A DNA stretch of 64,000 bases from contig CDLV01000009.1 of NCBI GenBank assembly GCA_001244265.2, positions 62,001-126,000 of the forward strand, in the 5' to 3' direction. The position numbers and the translations under genes were made by a program. Under the pieces are notes generated by a model. The model saw nothing but the letters and a program-made list of their open reading frames with translations, did no database searches and was not told the origin of the DNA. The stretch comes from Microbotryum violaceum (taxonomy: Eukaryota). Of the stretch, positions 41,053 to 54,453 are shown one piece after another. Each line of letters starts with the position of its first letter. The stretch's first letter is position 1.

Positions 41053-43416
41053 ATGTCATCGACCGCCCCTGACATGGCTCGACATGGCTGCTATCAGAGT
41101 CCGTCCCCGTCTTCGTCGCCGTCCCAGTTGTCGTCATGTTGGCCATCGTCATCATCTCTATCGGGCTCGAACTCAAGCCCTCCCACGATGTCCGACCTGG
41201 ACCCAGTATTCACAGCTCTCCAGGACGGAACCCGCCACATTGAGGATTACGCTCTGCTCAAAGGCGTCATCGTACCCCGCCTTTCGGTGCGCTCGGCGCC
41301 GGACTTGGTTGAGCAGGTATTTGGAATCGATCATCCGGCGTTCGAAGAGATCTCACAACGTGCTCGCCAGTTAGGCAAACAGGTTCAATCCGGCCAGGAT
41401 CAAGATACCCAGGCCGAGCTCCGCAAACTTTTCCTGGAAGCCCACGACAGCAGTCGGGACCCGCGGCTTGAACCCTCGACCAGCCAGTTGGCCTGGATGC
41501 AGGGGGTGGCACGACTTGTAAGTCAGGACGAGCGAAATGTAGATCGACATCGCTCTGTGAGCACGGGTGCTTGGAGGGCTAAGCTATCTGACCAAGCTAG
41601 TATTCATCTGCGGTAGGCTCAGACCGATCCCACGCACGGGAAACAATTTAAACTCGCCGTTGCAACCGCCGAGCGACCGGCTCGGCTTTATCTCAGCGAC
41701 ATTTTCGAGCGGCCATTTGACTCTGGGCAAGACTCGGACAAGGAAGCGAAGGAGTGGACGCCTTTCTTGACATGCTGTAAAGTCGATTCGAGCTCAAACC
41801 GACTCTTGTGGAACCGCGTCCTGGTGCCGTGCGCGTTCGATGCTTCCCCTCAGCGCTCTCAGTTACCTGGCGGTCCGGGGCCATTTGCGCCCGAACTGGT
41901 CAAGGCAGTACTTGATCTCACTCAGCATGTGCTCCCGCATCCGACCCGACTGTTCGCCCCTGGTCTGGCCGTCAACGAGAGGCAGGCATACTTGGTCGTA
42001 TCGGATCTAGAGACGTGCCGAGTTGCGACCATTATGGACTGCTGGGGTCAAGGCTTTAGCGAGCTAGCGGCAGTGCTCTCGATTCTGCTCGACCTGGATG
42101 TCTACTCGGCCGGGGTTTGTCCCTTTTTGAACTACACATACCACCCCACGAGCGGGATCGCACCCGCGTCGTTACTCACGTCGGTCTTTGAGTCGTCCGT
42201 CGGTCGCACAGTCAAGTTTGAGGACAAGGAGCCGATCGAGCTCTTGTCCTGCGCGAAGGGGGACGGCGGGCAGCATCTGTCCGGACCTTGCACGACGGTG
42301 TTTCAACTGACCCATCCGAGCCTGAGCGCGACCGCGACCGCTCCGGAGGTCTCGACTTTGTCGCCCTCGTTCGTCCTGAAATCGCAGCTCGTCGGTCCGA
42401 ACTTTGTACGCGTCGAGTCAAACGTGCTTAGCAAGATCAACGCCGCGCGCGACAAGGGTGCTCTACTGCCGGCCGTGTTTGACCACCTGGCTGCGCTTGA
42501 AACTTCGGCGTCCCTCGCCCTTGACTCGGGCATTCCAATTGACGATGGGGAACAGTCGTCAGCAGCATCAATGCCCGCAGCGAAAAAGAGGAAACGTGAC
42601 GAAACCCGGCGCACCCCGCATGCCCCAACACGACGTACACTCGAGCTCCTCGTCCTGCGCAACCCGTCGCCACTGCCACAGCCGCTCGTCCGGCGTCATC
42701 GTGGCCAGCAATAAATACCTCTTGCTCAAGTCTTCCAAGTCTTCGATCAACTCCTGACGGTGCTGACCACGCTTCACAAGCTCGGCTTCCACCACCGCGA
42801 TCTTTCGCTCGGCAACATTCTTCACTTTGAAGGCCACCTTGTACTCATCGATTGGGATGGCGGTGTGGCGGCCGATCCCGGAGCCTGGTTTGGCATCGCA
42901 GCCCGAGAGGAAGGCCGCCTCCGGGTGACGGTGAAAAGCGCTCCTCGACAAGCGCTTAAGTGTAACGCGATTGGGTTCGATTACGTGCCTGAGTACAGGC
43001 TAGCACACGCGTTCGAATCGGCTGTGTATTGCCTGCTCCAAGCCCTGGCCTACCGCATCAGGCCAGAGGACCCTGCCTGGGACTACTTCAACTTCCGATA
43101 TCACCCCGCCCGCTCTGGTGCGTGTCCTGATCGTTTTGAAGACCAGGAGTCGCAACTGGTGGACCGTCGGGCGAGTCTTTGGGGCGAGGACGCGGGCAAC
43201 GACGTGGATCCGCAGCACAGGGAGCGTTTGATCAACATGATCCGCCGTGAAGATCCCAAGCTGGGCGAGTCGTTGGACTCGGTGACGCGGCTCTACCCAG
43301 TGAGGATGACCTCGCCTTTTACGTCGAAGGAGCGCTCGCCAGCAATGGATGCGATCCGGGTGGGTATACGAGAGCTCACAGCGAGACACTCGATAGGGAA
43401 GGCAGTGTCCGCGTAG
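41053..43416 (+). pseudogene. FunK1-like (fungal-type) protein kinase interrupted by two in-frame stops
   Basis: One continuous frame with TAG at 41614-41616 and TAA at 42712-42714. Motifs FVLKSQ, GFHHRDLSLGNIL..LVLIDWD and RLAHAFESAVY. Confidence 0.75.
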
Positions 43417-45217
43417 AATCGAGCACCGGGCTCGACCCAACCAGACGTCTCCTTGTATTCGCCATTCCGTGCTACTACTGGTGGTATATCTGGTGCCTGT
43501 AACTATAGCCAAACTTTATATGAGGAGTGACCCTTACTTGGAACAGGGGCGAGCGTCATACCCTTCCTCGCAGCAAAACTGGAGAAGTCGCACTCAAACA
43601 GCGGACCGCCTGCACGGTCTGAGGCTGGGGAGCGGATCAATTCATCTATAAATGCGTCTGCGGTTGGTAGTGGCGTCTCAATGCGGGATCAGGGACTCAG
43701 GGTGCGGCGCGGCTAACCGGCGTCAAGTTTTTTTCCCAGTTTCACTCTTCTTCCCCGGCCACGAGGTACTCACTGCTCCGGATCACACGAGCGCACAGCT
43801 GAAAATCTTATTGGAACAGTTTCCCATCTTATCAGATCGGTATTGCCATTCTGCCGAGGTAATCTTACCATGAATGTACGAAGTTGTTTACACCTCAAAT
43901 TGGCCCGAGACGAGCGAAGCGTCTGGAGTTGAGGAAGCTGCCCCGAAGAACGCTTTGCTGGTGCGTCCCCAATGATGAGGAAGTAGTTCGACAAGATAAG
44001 TTCTATGCTGGTTTAAGCTTTACAGTCGGAGAATTAAGCTTTTGATGTCTCTGCACCCCAGGCATTCATCATGGAGCAACCGTACAAAGGGGAGACAACA
44101 GTAATGTGCAAAGCCACGCCCTCAAGGGACACGCAAGGGCTATCATGAAGCATGGTCAGACAAAATTTGGGCAGGTTCACAGGAGCGCAGAAGCTGGAAT
44201 AAGAAATAGCCTCACAAGTAGGAAACTGTGAATGACAAGAGCTGTAATAAACGTTTCAAACACGTCCGTCAAAGCGTTTCTAGGGATCAGCAGGAGTGTC
44301 GGCACCCCAGGCTTAGTGCTCACTTCTCGAGCCTCATGTGTCTTGTAGACGAGACGACTTGTGTAAACCGTGTACGACGGTGGAATCCGGAATCCGAGTG
44401 GCGCGTGGTGGTAAACATAGGAGCACGATGCCAATACGATCGAGCACACGCTCACTTCGCCTGAACGCAGCCAGAAAGCCCCTAATTCGAAGAACACGGG
44501 CGCGAACTAAGTTAGTCGTTGGCGAAAAGCCTAGCCCACCGGTCGATGAGGTAAATAGGCCACTTGCCTTTACTCTCTAGCGTCGCAATGCTCCTTGACC
44601 CGCACAACTGTTCATACGCTGGCTCGAGAGCTGTCAGAAAAGAACAACTCTGCATGTATAGACACGTCAGGCTTAAGATCGCAGACTTGACATGATTGCC
44701 GAGGAAGCGAGCTTCGAAGCCGCTGCTTTGGCAGCAGCTGCACGTACAGTTTATCCAAAGACTTCATGGTTTTTATTGAATCATGCCTAGATTTAATGAC
44801 CTTTATTGAGCCAAGGAGACACGAAGTGAGGCCGAGTAGTCCGATGATGGAGAAGTTGAACCGCGGGTCCCGGCGCCCTCTGGCGCCCTCCCGTCCTTAT
44901 GGGGTGCTCGCGCCCTGTGGCCCTGTGGACCTGTAAGCGCGCGCTGCCGGATCTCGCTTGTTCTTGCAAAGGTATGCGGAGACGAAGGTGGCTCCACCGA
45001 CATCAGTTGCAGCCAGCCGACATCACCCTGAACTCCTTCTTGCAAAGCTCCTTTCGATTGATTGTCCCTCGTGATACTGCAGTGCTGGAATTAGACTCAT
45101 TTTACCGCTACACGTCGCGCGAAGCGGATCCGCACATCTGCTCCGGCATTCGGGCGGGAACAGGCAAGTCCAAATATATACCTGCTGGCTGCGACCGCGG
45201 TGCTATTTCGAGCACGG

Positions 45218-45258
45218 GGTCCGGGCGCAGTCGGTCCGGGCGCAGTCGGCCCGGGCGC
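45218..45258. repeat. Short tandem repeat, ~3 x 15 bp (GGTCCGGGCGCAGTC)
   Basis: Two perfect copies plus one degenerate partial copy. Confidence 0.75.
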
Positions 45259-45652
45259 GCTCCTGCCGCCAGACCAGCGTTGAAATGCGCCAATCTGCGC
45301 CAATCGAGGCGCGCGCAGCACCTTCTGCATCAGCAACCTTGACTGCATACAGCCGAGTGCCGGCAGCGGGATTCATCAACATGCAGTCGACTTTGAGAAG
45401 CTGACCGCCTCTTGATGTTCCACCCTGACTCATCTGGCTCGACAGGTTCCGCCTTCGCTCCTCTGTAACGTTACGGCCGCCAATTAGGTGTTCTCAACTC
45501 CCGCTTAGTGGACAGCGTGTCACGCCGAACTCCGAAGCGCGACCTCGCTTGCGCGTGCTCCCACCGGCTGCAGTCGAAGCGAAACGTCGTCCGCCGTGAC
45601 ACACGGCACACGACCACAACCGGCTTTCTCAGTACCTTCTACACACTCCTTC

Positions 45653-48600
45653 ATGTACTCTTCGACCCAGGCTCCGAAATCACCGCCTTTGGCCGTGACT
45701 TCGATGGCTGTATGGGCTGCCGATCCCCGCTTGTCGATGCCATCAACTGCGTCGCACGACCAGCGGACGCCAACTTCTGACTGCGGAACACCGCGCAGCG
45801 CTTGCGTTTCGGGCTCGGGCCTCTTGTCGACCCCCGCAGCGTCGCCGCATTCCTTCCATGATTTCAATACAACACCCGACCTCGAGAAGGGCCTTTGTTC
45901 GCCATCCTACTTTCATGCTCATGGTCGAGGCGGCTCCCCGCTGTACCACCATTCCACACCCTCCTCGTCGGAAGAAGATCTCTCAAGTGGCTCGGCCAAA
46001 ATTCCGCTGCTCGTCCACCTCAGCGGGCTACGCGGGTTGGCATCGGGCTCACTAAAATTGTCTTCGACTCGGTCAATACGATTGACCCAATACGTGCGAT
46101 CAAGGATAGCTCGATGCGCTCGATTCGTGGTCGTTGTCTTTGCAATTTCCCTCATGATCTTCACCTTTCAGTCGCGGGTCCGTCAACTGGTCGCGCCGGA
46201 GACGTGGAAGTTCGGCGACAGCCTCCTCAGCGACCTTCACTTTGGTTTCGATCAATCGCCAGCGGCACTCAAAGAAGCTCGAGAATCGGTCGCAGAGTTT
46301 CTGTCGATCCCCTGCATCAACGACGGTGTGGTCCCCTTCTCGCCGAATCTTTACGACCCGCTCCTCCCGCCGCGTCCATATCAGAAGACAGTCGCCCAGA
46401 AGGCCTTCTCTTCCGTCTGCGCCGACATCTGGGTCTCGACGGGTGAGTTGTGCCAATCGGCCGAAGACCAATGGGCAGACCAACCCCTGCAGATGGACGC
46501 TCTGTGGACTTGGGTCAATGGCTCGAGCGAGGATCCCTCGGCAGCTTGGCGGGCAAAGGTTTCGGACGAGATAGGCTTCGGGACCGAGACAAAAGTCGTG
46601 CCGGCGAAGCCGATCCTCGCTGCTCCCGCACCACCCCATCCCACGAGTCAATCTATACCGGGAGCCCCAGATCGAGCGAGGGGATCGAGGCTCCCCGCGG
46701 AGCAGCCGGGAGCCCCTGAACGCTTTTCGCGCGCTAAACGCGCACTCGGCGCTACTGTGGTCCGACACTTTCGGTGAGCTCTATGTCGCGTGACCTCGAA
46801 CTAAGCTTTCTAATCACTGATCGCATGATCCTGGGTGCCGTGTTCAACAGAGAGCATGATGAGCTTCGGCATTCGATTCGCTCCGTGGTCGCGTCTTTCG
46901 GAGCCCGAACGCTCAAGCAACTGCACCTCGTGGTCAACGACGAACCGTCTCTGACTCCAGATGGTGAGAAGATCCTCATCGGGGACTATCCCAATTCGAC
47001 CATCCTTTCGCAAGTGCCTCAGTGGGTCAACCTCGAACGTGTTCAACTCTCCGGTGTCGAGCCGTCCCCCAACGCGACCTTTTTCGACGGCCGCAACGAC
47101 GGCCCGGTCCTCAAGCTACACCCACACACCTCGTTGTTCAAGAAAACGATTTCCCCATCATCGCTCAAGAAACCTGCGAAAGATTTTCGCGCTCGACAAG
47201 CCGCAGCTTTGAAGTGGAGGGAGTCCGTCACCCCTAATTTCAACTCGTTGGCGGTCGAATCTCAGCTCGCGAACGTGCCGGAAGACACGAGCGACACGCT
47301 CCTTACCCTCTGCGACGATTTCTTTACCATGCGCGTGAGTGTCGCATCCCTCGTATGGTATAATTCTTTCAGCTTGACGCGAGCTGATTTCATCTTTTCG
47401 TCGCTCCGCCTGATAGCCCATGACCCTTTCCGATGTGGAGTCACCGTTGACCGGCCCGGTCATTCGAATGCAACGCGACCTGATCGTCGAATCGAGCCCG
47501 CCTGACCATCTGAAAGGAGACGCGGAGGGGGAGTGGCGAGGATTAGGCTTCACAAACTGGCTCTTGGGTAAGCGGTGGAATTGCGAGTGTGTGTTCCGGC
47601 CTGTAGGCTGAACTTTCTCCCTCACAGACCAGCGCTTTGGAGCCCGGCCTCGCCCGTATCTGCTGCACGTCGCCAAAGCAATTTCGGTCCCGATGCTGCG
47701 TGAGGTCCAGTCGGTGTTCATGGAGGAGATGACTGCGACGGCAGGTGCTCGCTTCCGCGGAAAAGCTCCCTACGAAATGCAATTGTGGTTCTTGCTGCAC
47801 CACTACACCATCGAAAAGCATCGCGAAGCTCTGTAAGCATCATGTTAACCTCTAATGGGCCGAGATTATATGACCAGAGCATGGATCTAACGCTGCGTTC
47901 ATTGCCTTTCGATAGGCTGTGGTCTTTCTTCGTCGCTCGATCCGACTCGGACCAAGACGATCGATACTCGCTTGCTGAACGCCTCGCCATCATGTCGGAG
48001 CTCGACATTGAGCCCGCCGCCCCCGCATCGAACGCAACCCTACCCTACACGGTCGCGACGCCATTCCGCCACACACTCGCAGTCCAGATGCAGCCCGAAC
48101 ACGACTACACAGGCCTACCGCGCGCCCTCGAATCGCACTACAGCTTTTCTTCCAAGGATGGCTACGCCTTGTTTAAGCCGGCGCCCAATTCAATTCTCCC
48201 CTCCACTATGGCCGAGGATTGGCCCCGCTTCGATCAACGCCATTCCGCCCAACTTGACGAGGACTTGGGCGTGCCCCCTCGGTCGAGCGCCTGCACAATC
48301 GGGGACTTGTCGGTCTGCTTCCCCAAGGACTTCCTCGACCCGGAGAACAACTCAAAGATGAGTGTCGACGAGACGTTCCGACGACTGGCGTTCGAGCAGC
48401 CCAAATGCGGCGATTGCTTCATCGTCCAATTACTCGCCAAGAGTGGAGAACTGGGTTTGAACAAGTTCTTGCCTGGCGCTGTGAAGCAAGACGAGGAAGA
48501 CGCCGGTATCCCTGTAGAGGTCATTGGTGGCGCCGAGAAGAAGTGGCACGACGTCACCTCCTTCCGGGGTGACCTCAAAGGCTTCACGCAGCGACAAAGG

Positions 48601-48957
48601 GTGAGTTCGCGGATTTGACCACCTCACCGATGTTTGGTCTCGTTACCTCAGTACTGACACGCCGGATTTGCGAATCAACAGGCCGTATCTTTGATCCAGC
48701 GGTACTCTTACACCATAGCGGATACCTCGACCCGCTTCCATTCGATGCGTTTTCCCTCGGCGCTGATGCGCGACCTCGCCGCTCTCTCTCGGATTCGCCC
48801 CGCGCTCATCGCCTTGAACGACGACGTGAGCGGCGAAACCTCAACGATCGACGACATTCTCGAAACCTGGTTCAAAAAGGAGTTCCCCGTCCCCACGATC
48901 TGGGAGATGGAGGAAGAGCAGGAACCCTCCGACCAAGTCACGAATCTCGACTCGTGA
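45653..48957 (+). CDS. Stealth-family hexose/xylose-phosphotransferase (Cryptococcus Xpt1-like), type II membrane protein
   Basis: TM helix FVVVVFAISLMIF; CR1 MDALWTWVNGS; CR2 HDELRHSIRSV..FNSLAVESQL..CDDFF; CR3 YLLHVAK; CR4 IALNDD..FPVPTIWE. Confidence 0.85.
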
Positions 48958-50367
48958 GCTTTGGTGGTGGCCGACCCCTATCCGATCATCTTTTCAAGCG
49001 ATGAATCCTCGACTCTCTTCACCGCATATCGCCATTCTATTCACAATTTGGTTGTGCCCGACATCGTTTGCTTACATTTACAAACATATTCATATGTTGT
49101 TCCCACTACACGTTACCCTCCACACCCTGTTGCAGACACTTTCTAGCATCTTCCTCGCTTTTTTTTCTTTTTGCACTGCAATCTGCAAGGTCCGTTGAGC
49201 CAAGTGAACATCGCAGAGGTCCCTCTTCATATGCGAGACCAGTCTCGCCGCCGGTAGCGTGATGCAAAAAACTTGCTTGCAAGTATTCTGCTTTCAAGTT
49301 TGCGCCGGAACAGGAAGCGTTTGGCCGAAGGGCGGGCGTGATCGGGTGAACGTCCCTAGAAAGTTGGTGTTTGTCCCCCGCCAACTCTAGTGTTCGATCA
49401 GTGCAACCTAGGATCACGTCGCACACGACCGCTTCGCTCTGTTGGGCCACTAAAAGCAGGCGGCGCGTCGCGAGGACGTCACCCACCGCGCCGCCGCTGA
49501 TCGGGACAGCGCTAAAGCCGACCGGTGCCGCTTTCTCGATTATCGGCCTTAAAGATGTGCCGGTGTGGATGGCCCATCGTGTTTTTCCTTCTCTCTCTCT
49601 GCTTCGCTTCAATCCATCTTGGAAGCAAACAAAAACAGCAAAACCGACTTCCGATCGACCGCAACAAATAAGGAGCTCCCGGTCACATCTTTCACAACCC
49701 GCTGCAGTGCTTCGGGCTTGAAGCAGCTGCTCCCTGCCGCGCAGGCGTGTGTGGCCACGCGAGAAAGCGACGCGTCGGTTCGCACGCGACGATCGATTGC
49801 GCTTGACCTCCTCCCGAGCCTTCACAAACCGACTTCCGCCGCTTGGCTCGATCGCGGACCCATCGCCTAACAACACCGCGCAGCTCATTGGAGAAAGTAG
49901 AGCATACGCAAAGGACACCGTCGACTTTCTTCTTGTGAGTCGGCAAGTTCTGGTCTGTTCTTTTGGATCTCGCGGTCGCTCCGCACGGCTCGTGCGCGCG
50001 TGGCGCCGGAGATGCGCGCACGAAGAAAGGGGAGGGTGGGGTGTCTCGCGTCGGAGACAGGAACCTCCTCTGGAACCGTGTTTGAATGCATTCATCCTGC
50101 TTCTCATCGCTGACTTGTTCTCCCGGTGCTCCATCTCACACCGTACATTGACTCTGCCGGAAGGATCTGTTGCTGGACTGCTCGTCGCGGTTCGACCGAC
50201 GTCGTCCTTCGTTCAGCGAGACGTGACCGTGTGATCGCCACCGCCTTCAACCCCCTCTGCCAACTGCGCCGCTCGGTCCTCGTTCGGCTCTCTCGAAGAT
50301 CGCTCTCCTCTCAATCAATCCCACGCCTGTGCTTGCGCGAAACACACCTGCGGAACATACGCCCCGT

Positions 50368-52108
50368 ATGGTGTTCCCACCGCCGAATCCGTCCGCCGTC
50401 CCACCGTTTTCGTCGCCGGCTTCGTCGCTTCCAGCCTCTGGGACCGCGCCTGTTTCTGCGAGACCTGCGCTCGGTCAACTCGACGTCAATCGTGCCCCAA
50501 ACTCGTCGTCGTCGTCCTCGTCGCAACCGCCGCACAGATCGCTCAGCCCGATGACGTCCAAGGACAAGCTCAAGCAGTGGACCTTCCCGCGCAACGGCTC
50601 CCCTGTGCTTCCTTCGCCTCCCGACTGCTTCCCTTCGACGGGGACCAATAATTCGCATTCCACACCGCTTATGGGGTACTCGCTATCGGACGATGAAGCC
50701 AACGCCCAGTCCTTCGACCCACAATCGCCCGTCATCATCGAGAGTCGAACGAATCAATACGATCGACACGTCCGACGTAATTCCCAAGACGACGAGCGGT
50801 CGTCCGGTTCGGATGGAGGGATCGAATCGCCGTGTGGTGCATCGTCGTCGATCCCTTTTATGCAAAAGCGATCCGACAATGGCGCCACCAACAAGCCCTC
50901 CCCTAGTAACAACGGGACCAAGCAGCAACACAAAACCACGGCTTCGACGTTCCGCCATCGTGGCAAGGCGTCAGTAGCGGTCGTGCCCATCTCCTCGCCC
51001 GAGAACTCACCTTCTGCACCGGGTCGACCTGGCCTCACGCGTGTCACCTCGTCGCCTCGTCAATTGACAAATCCGTCGGCCAACAACCCCCCGAGTTCCT
51101 CGCCTGAACCAATGGAGTTTCCAACTTCCCCCTCTGAATTGATTCGAATGATCTACGCCAATCTGCGGCGCAGATCATTGCAGGATTTCGCATGGGCCCT
51201 CGTCTTTGGCGTCTGCTTGCTCCTCTTTGCATCCGCGCTCACAGGACACGGTTACGCACCTCCCGAACTCGACCTCGACCTCTCGAACCAGGACAGGGTC
51301 GAAGCTTCGGCGACGTTTTTGCCCAAGGGAGGTCAATACCGTGACTTGCCTATGTCGGCGGATGTGCATCAGCCTACGGGAGATGATTCACATGATGTGG
51401 GGCACGATTGGATGAAAGACTCGCCTGATGATCGACGGTTGGATGACGAGCATGTGCAGTACGTTTACTCGCTGGCCTAGCTGATTTTTTTGTTTGTTTT
51501 GGTTGTAGCTCAAAGTGGCCCTGACCCCCCCACCCACACCAATCCACACCTCTACGCACAGCCACCACCACGAAGGCCCCGACGCGCTTTTCGGAGGTGA
51601 TCATTCCGTCGCAGCGGATGATCACGATCATTCACACATCAACGCCGTTTTGGACGACCAGAAGCCGGGCAGAAAAGAGTTAGAAGAGCTCGATACCCGT
51701 ACGGTCGAAATGAGCGCAGGGGTTGACGTCACCGAGCTGACGCAGGAAGATGATGTTGCTGAGGTTGCTGGGAACGACGAGGAGGAACATGTACAAGTAC
51801 AGGGCGAGGAGGAACATGGGGATGGAGCTGAAGCGGATGAAGGGGGCGACGAAGAAGATGTAGACGGCTCGGTACAGGATGAGGTCGAACACGACCACGA
51901 GCATGGCTCAGGCGGCCTTCATCTCGAACCCGAACCCGAAGCCGAGGACGAGCCAGTATCCTTCAGCGTGGACGCGAAGAATCGCGCCGTAGCGACCGAC
52001 CTCCCCGACCAGGGCCCTGATGGGGAGGTGGAGCACTCTATACAATACGGCGAGGACGTGCAAGCACTCAGGGTCAAGAGGATGTTGAAGCAGCGCAGGC
52101 GGCGTTAA
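50368..52108 (+). CDS. Hypothetical single-pass membrane protein (Ser/Pro-rich N-terminus, His/Asp/Glu-rich C-terminus)
   Basis: Long ORF 50329..51480 with TM FAWALVFGVCLLLFASAL, an intron at ~51458-51508, and a second exon ending QRRRR* at 52108. Confidence 0.65.
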
Positions 52109-53288
52109 GCGCCGACACCCATTCTCAGTACCCGGAGGCTGACGCTTATGGCTTCTTCAAGAGCCATGATACTCGTCCTTATCATTTTCGCTCGTGCAAC
52201 AAAGCGGACATATTTATTGCTTTCACCCTTCGTCCTCAGCTGTGTGCAGGTCGAAGGACCTTTGATGTGGCTCGAGCCTACCAAGGAATCATTCATATTC
52301 GGCCTTTCTTCTTACCTCTATTGGAAAATGTTTTTAGTGCTTGCAACGTTGTATTTAATCGCATTCGCTTTCAACCACATGATGCATCATCAAGTCACGT
52401 CATCAAGTCACGTCCCCTGCACCACCAAAATCGCGACAGACTGCCGAATCGAACGTGTTTTATCGGGATGGGTCAGTGCCCCCTTATCTTCCGCTTGCTT
52501 CGCCAACGTCGATTTTCCGACCATCAGGATAGGCGACGGCGACGTGCCTCTTTTGCAGGGAAAATGTTCCAAACAAATACCACTTGAGAACGGACATACC
52601 TTCCCACTCTAAGGACTCCACGCCAATCCTCTCCGAGCCTCTCGCGAGAGGAGTACTATAAGAAACCGAACAAATATAGGGTCTGGGTGACACCCCCGAA
52701 GCCGAGGGGATGATTACCGCGGAGATGTTGAGTTCTTGCACGAGGAGGAGCGTATTTTGGGTAGTTAGGTCCACGACACCACTTAGACTAGTTCACGTTC
52801 CGATCCCAGGGATAAGGGCCGACGTGATCGCGCGAAGCATTGACGACGCCTCAAGTGCAGTGAGGAAGATGGGACCGGCCGTCAAGCGGACCGGCGGGAG
52901 AAGGTGAGGAACGACGCGCAGTAGAGAGGCCTAGGAGTTGTGCACGGTCAGGAGAATGATGCATCCTGCTACGCTGAAGCAGTAGGTGAAAGCGATGCAG
53001 AAGCCGTGCTTGAGCGTGCAGAGGCAGGTCCAGAACATGAAAATTTTGACGGCCGAGAGGAACGATCGGCTTGAGGAGCTATTTATTTCTCAGACGATGA
53101 CGCAGAACTTCTCGAATAAGTCACGACCAGAAGACAACTTGGGCTACGGTGCGACACGGAAAGGTGTCGGTGGGCACAAACAAGGAAAAAAAAAACTTTC
53201 GTTCAAGTACAACGCACGTTTCTACAACAAAGCAGACGCATCTACTAGATGAAGCTTCGGCCGGGTTCGAGTATTCGGGATGCTAAGA

Positions 53289-53989
53289 CTACACCTTCCA
53301 CCGCAGGGAGGGTCCGACCTGGATCATTGCGCCTTCGAGCCCGAGGAGGATCTTCAGAACGATCTTTTATACGAAATCTTGGTCCAGATCGTTGCGGGGA
53401 TTATGCGAGACAGATCCGCCGCATTACAATGGCCAGAACAAGATCTCGATCCCAACAATGATGACCATCGCGAGCTTGCATTTGGTCTCGTGACTCATGC
53501 GTATGCAGGAGAAAGTCGGACATAACCTTGATAATGCGTGGCTGAAAATTCGTGCCACAGCTATTCGGTCTCCTTCGTCTCCTTTGCCTACTTTGTTTGC
53601 GCTGCATCCATGTTTGAATGGATTGCGTCCTCCTCCCCATACAATCGTTGACCATGCAACTGCTCACCCCACCACTACCACCGATCCCGGGCTCTGACAG
53701 GGGTGCAAAGGAGACGAAGCAGACCAAATCGCTGTGGCACGAATTGTTATCAAGGGTATGTCCGACTTCCTCCTGCCTACGCATGAGTCACGAGGGCAAA
53801 TGCAAGCTCGCTATTGCTATTGGGATCGAGACCTTGTTCCGACCATTGTACCGCGGCGAATCTGTCTCGGATGATGCCCGCAACAATCTGGACTAAAATC
53901 TCGTAGTAGAGCAGATCGTTCTGCAGATCCTCCTCGGACTCGAACACTTAATGATCCAGGTCGGACCCTCCCTGCGGTGGAAGATGTAG
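53289..53989. repeat. Long imperfect inverted repeat (arms ~53289-53588 and ~53704-53989, loop ~115 nt); candidate hairpin RNA gene
   Basis: CTTCCACCGCAGGGAGGGTCCGACCTGGATCATT pairs with AATGATCCAGGTCGGACCCTCCCTGCGGTGGAAG; CTCGTGACTCATGCGTA pairs with TACGCATGAGTCACGAG; AATTCGTGCCACAGC pairs with GCTGTGGCACGAATT. Confidence 0.92.
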
Positions 53990-54384
53990 ATAGCTGAGGA
54001 CCGGCTTACCGTTCCCGCACCGCACTGCAAATCCTTCGCTGGCTACCCATCGAGTGCTCTGAAGATAGAGTGTGGCCTTCTAAGGTAGTGGAGACATTGC
54101 GAGGTGAGATTACTGAATAGTGCAACGTTGTCGAAGCAAAGAAAAGAGGGCTGGGAGTAGGCGGAGGGAGGGAGGGAGGCGGGCCAGTGCGATGTGAGCG
54201 GAAGGAAGGAGAGAAAAAGAAAAGAAAAACAGAGACGTGCGCGGGTGGCACGTCGCACACCGGCTTATTTTGTCCCATTTATGGCCCCTAGCTGCCGCGT
54301 GTCCAAAAAGCTGCCGTGGCGCGCGCGAGACGCTCAAGCCGGGCGGCACAGCTTTGGCTTCATCTACAACCTCGAGCTCGAAGA

Positions 54385-54453
54385 TGCAGCTTTGCAGGCT
54401 GTAATTGGATCTTCAACCATGTTCACGGTCTCGAAACGCACAAGAGCGCTCAC
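54385..54453 (+). other. Isolated C2H2 zinc-finger coding fragment
   Basis: CSFAGCNWIFNHVHGLETHKSAH fits C-x4-C-x3-F-x5-L-x2-H-x3-H within ORF 54316..54789, which has no in-frame upstream ATG. Confidence 0.5.

Noticed and set aside
43650-45450. Intergenic ORFs of 60-150 aa
   Set aside because: No motifs, TIRs or TSDs that I could confirm; may be TE debris.
49106-50234. 342-aa minus-strand ORF and overlapping ORFs
   Set aside because: The composition looks like non-coding GC-rich promoter/UTR sequence and there is no domain signal.
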